From Phycisphaerae bacterium (GTDB taxonomy: Bacteria > Planctomycetota > Phycisphaerae > UBA1845 > Fen-1342), in assembly GCA_050115495.1 (NCBI GenBank), contig JASFQK010000027.1:1-64000 (forward strand): a stretch of 64,000 nucleotides of DNA, written 5' to 3'. The position numbers and the translations under genes were made by a program. This document shows, in pieces, positions 7,247-17,399 of this stretch (position 1 is the first letter of the stretch; the number at the start of each line of letters is the position of its first letter). A model generated the notes under the pieces. The model ran no database searches, was not told where the DNA came from, and worked only from the letters and a program-made list of their open reading frames with translations.

Positions 7247-9766
7247 TTACGGTTTCGCCGGCGCGCCGAAGCAGTAGACGATGCCGTCGTCGGTGCCGAT
7301 GACGAGGGTGCCGGCGGCGACTGCGGCGGAGGCGGTGATCGGCGAGCCGGTCTCGAACTGCCACGCCTTGCTGCCGTCGGCGAGGTTCAGCGCGTAGAGG
7401 ATGCTATCCTCCGAACCGATGAACACGCGTTGGCCGACGACGACCGGCGAGGCGTCGATGTCGCCGCGCGTCTCGAACATCCAGAGCTGCTTACCCGTCT
7501 CACGGTCGAGGGCACGCACACACTTGTCGCGCCCGCCGATGAGGACGGCTTTCGGCGTCAGGGCTGCGGACGAGAGGAACGGATAAGCATTGTCCTTGTC
7601 CTCGAACCGCCAGAGGACGTTGCCCGCCTGCCAGTCGATCGCCAGCACCTGCTCGCCATACGTGCCGAGGTAGACGTGCGGGCCGTCAATTGCCGGCGAG
7701 CAACCCGTCACGGAGTCGAGGGCTATCTTCCGCACGAGCTGGCCGTCGGTGAGGTTCACGACGTGCAGGTGCGCGTCGCAGCCGCCGATGAACACATTCG
7801 AGCCGGAGATGGCCGGCGTCGCGTGCAGCCGGTCCCCTGTTTCGTATTCCCACAACGGCTTGCCGGTGTCGATGGACAGGCAGTACAGGTGCCCGTCGTA
7901 CGAGCCGAAGACGAGGCGGTCGTTCTGCCAGTTGACCGATGAGACGATGCGGCCCTTGGTCTCGAACTTCCAGCGGCACTCGCCGGTCGCCGCCACGCAG
8001 GCGTGCATCGTGCCGGTGTCGGTGCCGAAGATGACCAGGTCGCGGATGAGCGTCGGCGATGCTTCGATCGCACCGTCGGCCTTGTACCGCCAGAGCACGT
8101 GCCCGTCGGTGAGATCGAGGGCGACGAACGTGTCGTCCTGCGTGCCGATGTAGACGCGGTCGTCGCCGATGGCCGCCGTCGCCGAGATGGCTTCGCCGAG
8201 ATCCTGCCGCCAGCGGACCGCGAGCTCGTCGGGCAGCTCCGAGACGGCGACACCGGTGAGTTGCGTATCACCGCGGAACATCGGCCAGCGCGATGGATCA
8301 GCGCCGGCGGCGCTGATGGCGTACAGCGTGCGCTGCGTGACGATGTAGAGTGTGTCGTCGACGGCGACCGCGGGGGTGTAGATGGCGCGGCGCAGATCCT
8401 GGCGGGCCAGCTCTTCGAGCTCGCGGCCGTGTCGCACGATGATCATCTCGCCGTCCGTGTTGCCCAGGAACACCTTACCGTCGATGATCGCCGGCGAAGC
8501 CCACACGCCGGCTTCCATGTCGTATTGCCACAGGCGCTGGCCGGTCGCCGCGTCGAGGCAGTTCAGGAATCCGTTTAGATCTGCGGCGTATAGCAGGCCG
8601 TCGGCGATGACGACGCTGGAGAGCGTGCGGTGGAAGTCGTCGTCGCCGAAGTGCCAGATGCGCCCGGTTGTCGTCACGTCACCTGTCTTGGTGGCGTCGA
8701 TCGCGTACAGGTGCCCCGGGCCGTCGGCCTGCTCCGGGTCGTCGCCGACGGCGAGATAGACGCGATTGCCGTCGATCACTGGCGTGGCGACGATGCTCGT
8801 CTTCGTGCCGGTGCCGTCGGGCTTCCAGACTGAATCCGGCGGGTTGAGGTTGAACTTCCACAGCGGCTCGCCGGTGGCCGGGTCGAATGCGTAGCACCAG
8901 CCGTCGCCGCCGCCGAAGACGACCTGCGGCCGGCCGGCGATCACGCCGTAGGCGGGTGAGGACCACTGTCCGCGGAGGATGTTCTTGCCGGGATCGTTGC
9001 GTTGCCAGGCGACCTTGCCCGTGTGGCGATTGACGGCGAGGAAGGAGGGAACCTGCGGAGCGGGCAGTTCGTCCTCATCGTCCACGCCGTTGCTGGTGCA
9101 GACGAAGATGAGGTCGTCGCTGCCGACGGGCGAGCACGCCGCCAGGTTCCGCGGGAACACGCCGAGCGTGCCGATCATGTCGAGCACCCATACGAAGTCG
9201 GCGTCGAGGGCGTCGTGATGCGCTTCGTCGGTGATGGGACCGTCGTTCTCGTTGTCGTGGAAGCCTTCGACGTCGGCGCAGACGAGTTCGCCGCGGTTGC
9301 TCACGTAATAGACGCGGTCGCCGACGATGTACGGCGTCGAGGCGATACCCTGTTCGGGCCAGTCGTTGACGGAGCCGGAGGCCAGCTTGTCGTGCGTCGC
9401 CTGCCAGAGGAACTGGCCGTCGCGGGCGTCGAAGCACAGGATGCAGCCCTTGTCGCCCTTGATCTCGGGCCGCCAGTCGCCGGCGTTGTTCGTGCCGACG
9501 TACACGCGGCCGTCGGCGATGACGGGGCCGGCGTAGGCGTACGTGCCGAGCTTTGCCTGCCAGCGGATGTTCCGGCCGGACTTGAGGTCCCAGTCGTGCG
9601 GAATGCCCTTCGCGGGCGAGACGGCGTTACGATCGGGCGAGCCGCCCCACATCGGCCACGAACCGCCGGCCGGCTGGCTCGTGGGCTGGCTGGCCGGCGG
9701 TTGGCCGAAGGCGATAGCGGCAAACGATAGCGTGGCGAGGGCGGACAGCAGGCTGCGCTTGGTCAT
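7247..9766 (-). CDS. Secreted tandem PQQ-like (BamB-type) double beta-propeller protein
   Basis: Signal peptide; two WPM(W/F)xG starts (WPMWGG, WPMFRGD); many xDxxTGxxxW repeats. Confidence 0.85.
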   Translation of the reverse strand: MTKRSLLSALATLSFAAIAFGQPPASQPTSQPAGGSWPMWGGSPDRNAVSPAKGIPHDWDLKSGRNIRWQAKLGTYAYAGPVIADGRVYVGTNNAGDWRPEIKGDKGCILCFDARDGQFLWQATHDKLASGSVNDWPEQGIASTPYIVGDRVYYVSNRGELVCADVEGFHDNENDGPITDEAHHDALDADFVWVLDMIGTLGVFPRNLAACSPVGSDDLIFVCTSNGVDDEDELPAPQVPSFLAVNRHTGKVAWQRNDPGKNILRGQWSSPAYGVIAGRPQVVFGGGDGWCYAFDPATGEPLWKFNLNPPDSVWKPDGTGTKTSIVATPVIDGNRVYLAVGDDPEQADGPGHLYAIDATKTGDVTTTGRIWHFGDDDFHRTLSSVVIADGLLYAADLNGFLNCLDAATGQRLWQYDMEAGVWASPAIIDGKVFLGNTDGEMIIVRHGRELEELARQDLRRAIYTPAVAVDDTLYIVTQRTLYAISAAGADPSRWPMFRGDTQLTGVAVSELPDELAVRWRQDLGEAISATAAIGDDRVYIGTQDDTFVALDLTDGHVLWRYKADGAIEASPTLIRDLVIFGTDTGTMHACVAATGECRWKFETKGRIVSSVNWQNDRLVFGSYDGHLYCLSIDTGKPLWEYETGDRLHATPAISGSNVFIGGCDAHLHVVNLTDGQLVRKIALDSVTGCSPAIDGPHVYLGTYGEQVLAIDWQAGNVLWRFEDKDNAYPFLSSAALTPKAVLIGGRDKCVRALDRETGKQLWMFETRGDIDASPVVVGQRVFIGSEDSILYALNLADGSKAWQFETGSPITASAAVAAGTLVIGTDDGIVYCFGAPAKP

Positions 9767-9847
9767 GACACGGCACCTTCACCCGGCGCGGCAACTGGCC
9801 GGGGCGGGTGACAGCGTACCGGCTGCCCCGCGCGCTGTACAAACGCG

Positions 9848-10546
9848 TCAGGGCGTGATGCGGCGCAGGTAGTAGATCGATCCACCCACGATGGTCACGA
9901 TGCCCAGGCCCCAGGCCAGCTCCTCGAACGGCCGCGCCGTCTCCGTTAGCCACGTGATCCCCAATCCGAAGCTCAGCGACTGCAACAGCAAGCCGAGTAT
10001 GAAAGGCGACAAGATTCCACAGAACATGGCCAGCGCGTGGTTGCTCATGAACGTCGAGAAGCACCACGCCCCGCCAAAGGCGAGCACGCTTACGGCGGCC
10101 AGCACGGCCACCGGGACCGCCGCCGATCCGTCTTGCGCCGTGACTTCCGCCGTGGCGCTCGGAGCGAAGGCCGGCACCAGCACGAAGATGATCAGGAGGT
10201 TCAGCCCCCAGATCAGCAGGCTCGGTCCCAGGGCCCAGATGCCCTTGCTGATCAGGTTCATCCGCAGCGAGATGGGCAGATAGGCCAGGAAGTCGGCAGA
10301 GCGGTCGTTGCGCTCGGTGGCGAACGCCTCGCCGGCCAGCATGGCGATCGTGAAGACGGACAATCCCAGGCTGATCACGCCGCACATTTCCCAGTGCACG
10401 GACAGCCACTGGCCGCCCTCACCGTAGCGAGCGCGCAGGTAGAAGCCGAAGGCGATCAGCGCGAGAAACGGCGCGGCCCACAACGCGGCGCCCACGATCA
10501 GTACCGGCCGGCATAGACGGTAGTCTTTCCACAACAGGACGTTCAT
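9848..10546 (-). CDS. ABC-2 type transporter permease
   Basis: Begins MNVLLWKDYR; about 6 TM helices; ExxxRSADFLAYLPIS motif; ATGA overlap with the ATPase. Confidence 0.8.
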   Translation of the reverse strand: MNVLLWKDYRLCRPVLIVGAALWAAPFLALIAFGFYLRARYGEGGQWLSVHWEMCGVISLGLSVFTIAMLAGEAFATERNDRSADFLAYLPISLRMNLISKGIWALGPSLLIWGLNLLIIFVLVPAFAPSATAEVTAQDGSAAVPVAVLAAVSVLAFGGAWCFSTFMSNHALAMFCGILSPFILGLLLQSLSFGLGITWLTETARPFEELAWGLGIVTIVGGSIYYLRRITP

Positions 10547-11451
10547 GATGCGGCCCTCCGTCCTTTGACCATGTCCTTGAAAATCTCTTCGAGGCTCAGG
10601 TCGATGACCTCGACGTGGTCGATGGGTTGTTCCCGTCGCAGGCATTCGACCGTTGCCGGCGTGAAGCCGCGCACGGTGAGCAGCCACTCGCGGTGGTTGA
10701 CGCGCTGCCAGATGGTGCCGTCCGGCGGCGCCCCGGGCACGCCGCCGTCGCGCAGGACGGCGCGCAGGCGCTTCGTGCCGGTGAGCAGTTCGTCCGTCGG
10801 GCAGCAGGCCAGCAGCCGGCCTTCGTAGATGATGCCGATCGAGTCGGCCAGACGCTGCACGTCGGCGAGCGTGTGACTGGAGAAGAGGACCGTGGCGTTG
10901 CGTTCGCAAACCTGCTGCAACACGCCGTCGAGGAACTCTTCGCGAATGATCGGGTCCAGCCCGGACGTCGGCTCGTCCAGGATGAGCACCTCGGGGTCGT
11001 GGCTGATGGCCAGGGTCAGGGCGAGCTTGACCACCATGCCCTTCGACAGGTGCTTGACCTTGCGGTGCGGCTCGAGCTCGAAGATGCGCAGCAACTCGCG
11101 GCAGCGGAGGTCGTTCCAGTGTCGGTACACGCCGCGGCAGAAGCCGACGACCTCGTGCACGCGCATCCAGCCGTGGATCCGGTGCAGCTCCGGTACGTAG
11201 CCGACGCGCTGTTTCATCGCCTCCGGATCGGCGGCGACATCCATGCCCAGCACGCGCACCTCGCCGTTCGTCCGCCGGAGCGTGTTCATCATCATGCGGA
11301 TGGTGGTGGTTTTGCCGGCGCCGTTTGGTCCGATAAAACCGAATGTGCTCCCGGGCTTCACTTGGAGGTTCAGGTCGTCGACGGCGAGCTTGTCGCCGAA
11401 CCGCTTGGTCAGGCCGACCGTCTCGATGGCCGGCAAGGGGGTGGAGGTCAT
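10543..11451 (-). CDS. ABC transporter ATP-binding protein (YtrB-like)
   Basis: Walker A GPNGAGKTT, signature LSKGM, Walker B LILDEPT, SSH. Confidence 0.92.
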   Translation of the reverse strand: MTSTPLPAIETVGLTKRFGDKLAVDDLNLQVKPGSTFGFIGPNGAGKTTTIRMMMNTLRRTNGEVRVLGMDVAADPEAMKQRVGYVPELHRIHGWMRVHEVVGFCRGVYRHWNDLRCRELLRIFELEPHRKVKHLSKGMVVKLALTLAISHDPEVLILDEPTSGLDPIIREEFLDGVLQQVCERNATVLFSSHTLADVQRLADSIGIIYEGRLLACCPTDELLTGTKRLRAVLRDGGVPGAPPDGTIWQRVNHREWLLTVRGFTPATVECLRREQPIDHVEVIDLSLEEIFKDMVKGRRAAS

Positions 11452-11840
11452 GGGTCGTTCCTCTGATGTTCGTCGGTGTCGCGGATGGCGCGTTCGAAGG
11501 TGGACCGAATATGTGCGGATGGCATGTTGGCGGCGCGGGCGGCCTGGACGCCGGTGGTGAACGTCTGATAAACAGACTCTTCCGACTTCGTTTGGGCTGA
11601 TGCCTGGCCGTTATCGCTTACGAACATCCCCAGGCCCTTGCGGGCCTGAATCAGACCTTCTCGCTCCAGATGCTCGTACGCCCGCTGTACTGTGTTTGGA
11701 TTCACAGCTAGTTCGCGGGCCAACAGCCGGAGCGAGGGGATCATTTCGCCGGGCCGATAAACCCCGGCGGCGACCGATCGCCGAATGTGGTCGGCGATCT
11801 GGAGGAAGATGGGCACGGGGCTGTTCGGGTCTACACTCAA
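11448..11840 (-). CDS. GntR family regulator, YtrA subfamily
   Basis: PIFLQI...IPSLRLLARELAVNPNTVQRAY...GLGMFV; short C-terminus; precedes ABC genes. Confidence 0.92.
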   Translation of the reverse strand: MSVDPNSPVPIFLQIADHIRRSVAAGVYRPGEMIPSLRLLARELAVNPNTVQRAYEHLEREGLIQARKGLGMFVSDNGQASAQTKSEESVYQTFTTGVQAARAANMPSAHIRSTFERAIRDTDEHQRNDP

Positions 11841-11867
11841 CTGGCGGTCTCCGATTAATCGACCTGG

Positions 11868-11887
11868 TGCACTAGTAGGCTAGTGCA
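11868..11887. promoter_or_regulatory. Probable YtrA/GntR operator
   Basis: Perfect inverted repeat TGCACTAG-TAGG-CTAGTGCA about 28 bp upstream of the gntR start, in a divergent intergenic region. Confidence 0.7.
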
Positions 11888-11927
11888 GTGTAGCGCCGGG
11901 GCCAGAGGTGGTCAAGGGGTTTCGGCC

Positions 11928-13205
11928 TTGAGAGTCGTATTGCTGGCGGCTGGCGCGGGGGGCATGTACTGCGGAAGCTGCATGCACGACAACCGCCTGG
12001 CGGCGGCGCTGCGGGCCCGGGGGCGGGACGTCGTGTTGGTGCCGCTGTACACGCCGCTGCGGACGGACGAGATCGACGTCAGCGAGTCGCGCGTTTTCTA
12101 CGGGGGGGTCAACGCGTATCTGCAACACAAGTCGGCGCTGTTTCGCCATACGCCGTGGGTGGTCGATCGGCTGTTCGATGCACCGTGGCTGCTGCGGGCA
12201 GCGGGAAAGCAGGCCGGGGCAGCGCGGCCGGAGAAGCTGGGGGCGATGACGCTGTCGATCCTGCAAGGTGAGCGGGGCATGCAGCGGAAGGAACTGGCGA
12301 AGCTGGTCGACGGGTTGCGGCGGTTGCGGCCGGCGGTGGTCTATCTGCCGAACCTGATGTTCGCGGGGCTGGCTCGCTCGTTGAAGGTGGGGCTGGGTGT
12401 GCCGGTGTTGTGCGGGCTGACCGGGGAGGACATCTTCATCGACCGTCTGACCGAGCCGTATCACAGCGCGGTGCTGGCCGTGATCCGCGAGTGCGGCCAG
12501 GACATCGATGCTTACGTCGCGTTGACCGACTACTACGCCCGGCATGCGGTGGAGCACTTCGGCCTGCCCGCGGAGCGTGTGCACCGGATTCCACTGGGGA
12601 TTCATGTTGCCGAGTTCGCCGGCCCGCGACCGCCGGCGGCAGGTCCGCCGACGATCGGGTATTTGGCTCGCGTCTGCCCGGAGAAGGGGCTGCATCTGCT
12701 GGCGGAGGCGTTGCCGATGCTGCGGGCGGTGGGGCATGCGTGTCGTGTGCGGGCGGCGGGTTATCTCGGTAGTGCCGACCGCGATTACCTCGCGCAGCTC
12801 ACCGGCCGCCTGCGCGAGGGTGGTTTCGATGAGGTGGCGTTCGAGTATGTGGGCGAAGTGACGCAGGCGGAGAAGATCGAGTTTCTGCGGCAGGTGGACG
12901 TGCTGGCCGTGCCGACCACGTACGCCGAGGCGAAGGGGTTCTATGCGCTGGAGGCGCTGGCGGCGGGCGTGCCGCTGGTGTTGCCGGGGCACGGGGCGTT
13001 TCAGGAGTTGATCGCGGCGACGGGCGGCGGATTATTGCATGAGCCGGGCGATGCGGCGTCGCTGGCGGCGGCGCTCGGTGAGTTGCTGGCTGACGGCGAA
13101 CGACGGACGGCGATGGCGGCTCGCGGGCAGCAGGCGGCGATGGCGCAGTACGATGCGGCCCACATGGCCGAGCAGGCGTGGGCGCTGTTCGAGCGGTTTG
13201 TGTAG
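11928..13205 (+). CDS. Glycosyltransferase family 4 with N-terminal CxxC
   Basis: GAGGMYCGSCMHD; GYLARVCPEKG; EAKGFYALEALAAGVP; TTG start inferred. Confidence 0.85.
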   Translation: MRVVLLAAGAGGMYCGSCMHDNRLAAALRARGRDVVLVPLYTPLRTDEIDVSESRVFYGGVNAYLQHKSALFRHTPWVVDRLFDAPWLLRAAGKQAGAARPEKLGAMTLSILQGERGMQRKELAKLVDGLRRLRPAVVYLPNLMFAGLARSLKVGLGVPVLCGLTGEDIFIDRLTEPYHSAVLAVIRECGQDIDAYVALTDYYARHAVEHFGLPAERVHRIPLGIHVAEFAGPRPPAAGPPTIGYLARVCPEKGLHLLAEALPMLRAVGHACRVRAAGYLGSADRDYLAQLTGRLREGGFDEVAFEYVGEVTQAEKIEFLRQVDVLAVPTTYAEAKGFYALEALAAGVPLVLPGHGAFQELIAATGGGLLHEPGDAASLAAALGELLADGERRTAMAARGQQAAMAQYDAAHMAEQAWALFERFV

Positions 13206-13247
13206 CCGCGCCGCCGTCGGGGCGGTAACCTGTCTGGGGCGAGGAAT

Positions 13248-13931
13248 ATGCTGCAAGTCGAGTCGATCCAGAAACGGTTTGCGACGCGGGCGGGGGAGCT
13301 GGTTGTGTTGCGCGACGTGTCGCTCGAACTGGCGGCGGGCGAGGCAGCCGCGATCCTCGGGCCGTCCGGATCAGGCAAGAGCACATTGCTGAACATCATC
13401 GGGGCGCTGGAGCCGCCGACGGCAGGGCGGGTCCGGCTCGACGGCTGCGATCCGTACGCGTTGTCGCCGGCGGCGCTGGCCGAGTTTCGCAATCGGCGGG
13501 TGGGGCTGGTCTTCCAGGATCATCACCTGTTGCCGCAGTGCACGGTACTGGAAAACGTGCTGTTGCCTATGCTGGTGCATCGTGCGGGCGATGGTGTCGT
13601 GCGGCGGGCTGAGGCGCTGCTCGAACGCGTCGGGCTGTCCGCCCGACGTGAGCATCGGCCGGCGGAACTCTCCGGCGGCGAGCGGCAACGCGTGGCCATC
13701 GCCCGGGCGCTCATCAATGAGCCGGTTCTGTTGCTGGCGGACGAGCCCACTGGCAACCTCGATCGCACGACCGCGGCGCGCATCGGCGAGTTGCTCGTTG
13801 AAGTGCAGCGTGAGCGGTCGGTTGTGCTGGTGGTCGTTACGCACAGCACGACGCTCGCCGAGCGTTTCGCCCGCTGTTACGAACTGGACGATGGGCGGCT
13901 GTTGCCCGATCGGGCCGGAAGCCAGCCGTGA
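13248..13931 (+). CDS. ABC ATP-binding protein (LolD/MacB-like)
   Basis: [35 protein letters not shown]. Confidence 0.92.
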   Translation: MLQVESIQKRFATRAGELVVLRDVSLELAAGEAAAILGPSGSGKSTLLNIIGALEPPTAGRVRLDGCDPYALSPAALAEFRNRRVGLVFQDHHLLPQCTVLENVLLPMLVHRAGDGVVRRAEALLERVGLSARREHRPAELSGGERQRVAIARALINEPVLLLADEPTGNLDRTTAARIGELLVEVQRERSVVLVVVTHSTTLAERFARCYELDDGRLLPDRAGSQP

Positions 13932-16900
13932 CTACGTGCACGCTCCTGCTGCGCAGTGTCCGGTATCACGCCCGCGCCCAGATTGCGCTGTTGCTCGGCG
14001 TGGCGGTCGGGACGGCGGCACTGACGGGGGCGCTGCTCGTCGGCGAATCGATGCGGGGCAGCTTGCGCGAGACGGCGCTCAACCGACTGGGGCCGTTCGA
14101 TAGCGTGCTGATCGGGCCGCGCTTCGTGCGTGAGGCGTTGGCGGATGAGATGTTCCACGCCAGGGCCTGTAGCGTTTCGCCGGCCGTGTTCCTGCGCGGC
14201 GCGGCGACGCAGCCGGACTCGGGGGCGACGGTCGCCAGGGTCAACGTGTGGGGGATGGACGAGACCAGGTGGACGCGGGGCGAGACGAAGCCGGCGAGTG
14301 GCGGAGATGGACTCGTTCTCAACGCGGCGCTGGCGGACGATCTCGGCGCCACCGTCGGGACCGATGTGCTGATCCGCATCGGCCGACCGGCGGCGGTTTC
14401 GACCGAGACGGTGCTCGGGCGGCGCGACCAGGTGACACGGACGCTACGTCTCACGGTCTCGCAGGTGATTCCGAACGAGGGGATCGGGGCGCTCGAATTC
14501 TCGCCGCAACAGGCCGTGGCGCGCAACGCGTACATCCCGCTGGCGACGCTGCAACGCCGACTGGAGCAGGAGGGGCGGGTCAATGCGCTGTTGGCGACGT
14601 GGGGACGTGCGCGGCCGGATCTGGAGGCGGCGCTGCAACTGTGCCTGACGCCGGCGGATCTGGGCTTGCGTTTGCGCGAGGACGACGAGCACGGTTACAT
14701 CGCCGTCGAGAGTGAGCGCTTCCTGCTCGAACCGCCGGCGGAAGAGGCGGCCCGTGCTGCGGCCGCCGCCATGGGCCTGCAGACGGTCGGTGTGCTGGCC
14801 GCTTTGGCGAACACGATCGAGGTGGTGGGGCGAAGCGATGCGGTCGTGCCGTACTCGGTCGTGGCGGCGGTCGAGTCGGTGCAGCAGATGCCGGGGGCGT
14901 TGGTGCTGACGGATGGCACATCGCCAGAGTCGCTCGCGCCGGGCGAGATCCTGCTCAACGAATGGACGGCGGAAGACTTGGGGGCGGCGGTCGGTGATTC
15001 GATTCGGCTGTCGTACTACGTGCTGGACGTGGGCGGGCAACTGCGCACGGACGCGGCGGAGTTTCGGCTGCGGGGCATCGTTTGCTTGGCGGGACCGGCG
15101 GCGGATCGTGGCTTCACGCCGACGTATGCGAGCGTGACCGACGCCGACAGCGTGGCCGATTGGGATCCGCCGTTCCCGATCGATTTGCGGCGCATTCGCG
15201 ACAAGGACGAAGCGTACTGGGACACGTACGGGGCGACGCCGAAAGCGTTCGTGTCGCTGACGGATGGGCAGCGGCTGTGGGCCCGCGAGGGAGAGCGGCT
15301 GGGGCGGCTGACGTCGCTGCGCGTCCTGCCGCCCGCCGGCGAGACACTGGCGCAGACGCGTGCGGCGTACGAGCAACATCTGCGCGAGTGTTGCGCGCCG
15401 GCGGCGTTCGGACTTGTGTGGGACGATGTGCGGGATCGCGTGCTGGCGGCGAGCGAGGGGACGACGGATTTCGGCGGGTTGTTCGTCGGGCTCAGCCAGT
15501 TTCTGATTGTGGCGGCGGCGCTGCTCGTGGCGCTGCTGTTTCGGCTCGGCATCGAGCGGCGGTCGGGGGAAGTGGGATTGCTGCTGGCGGTGGGTTTCTC
15601 GCCGTGGCGCGTGTTCGTTCTGCTACTGGGTGAAGGGCTGGCGGTGGCCATCGTTGGCGGCGCTATCGGCTTACTGGGAGCGCGGGCGTATGCGTGGCTG
15701 ATGCTGGCGGGGTTGCGGACGTGGTGGTCGGCGGCGGCGCAGGCGCCGTTTCTGCGGCTGCACGAGTCCGTGGAGACGTATGCGATTGGCTACATCGTCG
15801 GGCTTGCCGTGGCGGCGCTGGCGACGGCGTGGGCGCTGCGCGGCTTGACGCGGATCAGCGTACGCGGGTTGCTCGCGGGTGCGGTGCAATCCGGGCGGCC
15901 GATCGCCGGCCGGCGAGGTCGAACGGTCGCCGGCGTGGTGGCCGTGCTGGCGTTGGGGACGGCGGTCGGGGCGGGCGTGCTGCCGCAACTGACCGACGCC
16001 GTCTCGCAGAGTGTGGCGTTCTTTGTGGGTGGAACGGCGTTGCTCGTGGGACTTATCAGCGGCCTGGCGGGTTGGCTCCGCGGCGAGCCGCGGGGGACGA
16101 TTCACGGCGGCGGCTGGCGGGCGCTGGTGGCGCTCGGACTGCGAAACGCTCGAAGGCGCGTCGGTCGTAGCGTGCTGACGGTGGGGCTGATCGCCGCGGC
16201 GACGTTTCTGATCACGTCGATGCAGGCGATGCGTCTGCCGGCGCCGACGGAGACATCGGCGCGCGACTCAGGCAGCGGCGGGTTCACGCTGCTGGCCGAA
16301 GCGATGGTGCCATTGCCGCACGATCTGGCGACCGCCGCGGGTCAGGAAGAACTCGGCGTTTCGCCGGCGACACGGCAGGCACTGGCCGGCGCTGAACTCG
16401 TGCCGTTCCGACTGCGGGCGGGCGATGAAGCGAGCTGTCTGAACCTGTATCGGCCGCTACGACCGCGCGTGCTGGGGGCGACGCCGGCGATGGCGCAGCG
16501 TGGCGGTTTCGCGTTCTCGCAGACGCTGGCATCGACCGCGGAAGAGCGGGCCAATCCGTGGCTGCTGCTGAAGCGTGAGTTCAGCGACGGGGCCATCCCG
16601 GTGATCGCCGACGAGGCCGCCGTGCTGTGGCAGTTGCATCTTGGTTTGGGACAGGATGTGTCGCTAATCGACGAGCGCGGCGTCGAGGTGCGTGGGCGCA
16701 TCGTCGGCATGCTGAAGGGCAGCGTGTTGCAGGGCGAGCTTGTGGTGTCAGAGGCGGCGTTCACGCGGCTGTATCCATCGGTTGCGGGTTTCGGCTTCTA
16801 TCTGGTGGACGTACCGGGCGAACGTGCCGCAGAGGTCGGGCGGTCGCTCGCGCACGATCTCGAACCGTTCGGACTGGCGATCACACAGACGAGCCGACGG

Positions 16901-17308
16901 CTGGCCGAGCTACAAGCCGTTCAGAACACGTACCTGTCGGCGTTTCAGACGCTGGGCGGGCTGGGGCTGTTGCTCGGCACGGTCGGGTTGGTGGCGGTGC
17001 TGCTGCGGAACGTGTGGGAGCGGCGGAGCGAACTGGCTCTGATGCAGGCGTGCGGCTTCTCGCGGGCGGCGTTGGGTGGCGTCGTGTTGAGCGAGAACGG
17101 TTTCCTCGCGGTGTGCGGGTTGTTGATCGGGCTGGTGTCGGCGGTGGTGCTGGTCTGGCCGCAGGCGGCGGCGCGGGCAGGGCTTGTGCCCTGGGGCTCG
17201 CTGGCGGGGACGTTTGCGGCGGTGCTGGCGGCGGGATTGGGAGCCGGCCTGGTAGCACTCGTGCCGGTGCTGCGCGGGCCGCTGGTGCCGGCGCTGCGGG
17301 CGGAGTGA
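13928..17308 (+). CDS. Large duplicated FtsX/MacB-type ABC permease
   Basis: Two MacB-like periplasmic + FtsX TM units (ERRSGEVGLLLAVGF, ERRSELALMQACGF); GTGA overlap. Confidence 0.85.
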   Translation: MTTCTLLLRSVRYHARAQIALLLGVAVGTAALTGALLVGESMRGSLRETALNRLGPFDSVLIGPRFVREALADEMFHARACSVSPAVFLRGAATQPDSGATVARVNVWGMDETRWTRGETKPASGGDGLVLNAALADDLGATVGTDVLIRIGRPAAVSTETVLGRRDQVTRTLRLTVSQVIPNEGIGALEFSPQQAVARNAYIPLATLQRRLEQEGRVNALLATWGRARPDLEAALQLCLTPADLGLRLREDDEHGYIAVESERFLLEPPAEEAARAAAAAMGLQTVGVLAALANTIEVVGRSDAVVPYSVVAAVESVQQMPGALVLTDGTSPESLAPGEILLNEWTAEDLGAAVGDSIRLSYYVLDVGGQLRTDAAEFRLRGIVCLAGPAADRGFTPTYASVTDADSVADWDPPFPIDLRRIRDKDEAYWDTYGATPKAFVSLTDGQRLWAREGERLGRLTSLRVLPPAGETLAQTRAAYEQHLRECCAPAAFGLVWDDVRDRVLAASEGTTDFGGLFVGLSQFLIVAAALLVALLFRLGIERRSGEVGLLLAVGFSPWRVFVLLLGEGLAVAIVGGAIGLLGARAYAWLMLAGLRTWWSAAAQAPFLRLHESVETYAIGYIVGLAVAALATAWALRGLTRISVRGLLAGAVQSGRPIAGRRGRTVAGVVAVLALGTAVGAGVLPQLTDAVSQSVAFFVGGTALLVGLISGLAGWLRGEPRGTIHGGGWRALVALGLRNARRRVGRSVLTVGLIAAATFLITSMQAMRLPAPTETSARDSGSGGFTLLAEAMVPLPHDLATAAGQEELGVSPATRQALAGAELVPFRLRAGDEASCLNLYRPLRPRVLGATPAMAQRGGFAFSQTLASTAEERANPWLLLKREFSDGAIPVIADEAAVLWQLHLGLGQDVSLIDERGVEVRGRIVGMLKGSVLQGELVVSEAAFTRLYPSVAGFGFYLVDVPGERAAEVGRSLAHDLEPFGLAITQTSRRLAELQAVQNTYLSAFQTLGGLGLLLGTVGLVAVLLRNVWERRSELALMQACGFSRAALGGVVLSENGFLAVCGLLIGLVSAVVLVWPQAAARAGLVPWGSLAGTFAAVLAAGLGAGLVALVPVLRGPLVPALRAE

Positions 17309-17399
17309 ACTTTTCAACGGATGCTAGCGCGGCGGGGCATTCTTCTCTGCGGGTTGGGCGGGTATCCTGTGGATCCGGAGCCGAACCAGGAGCGTACAC

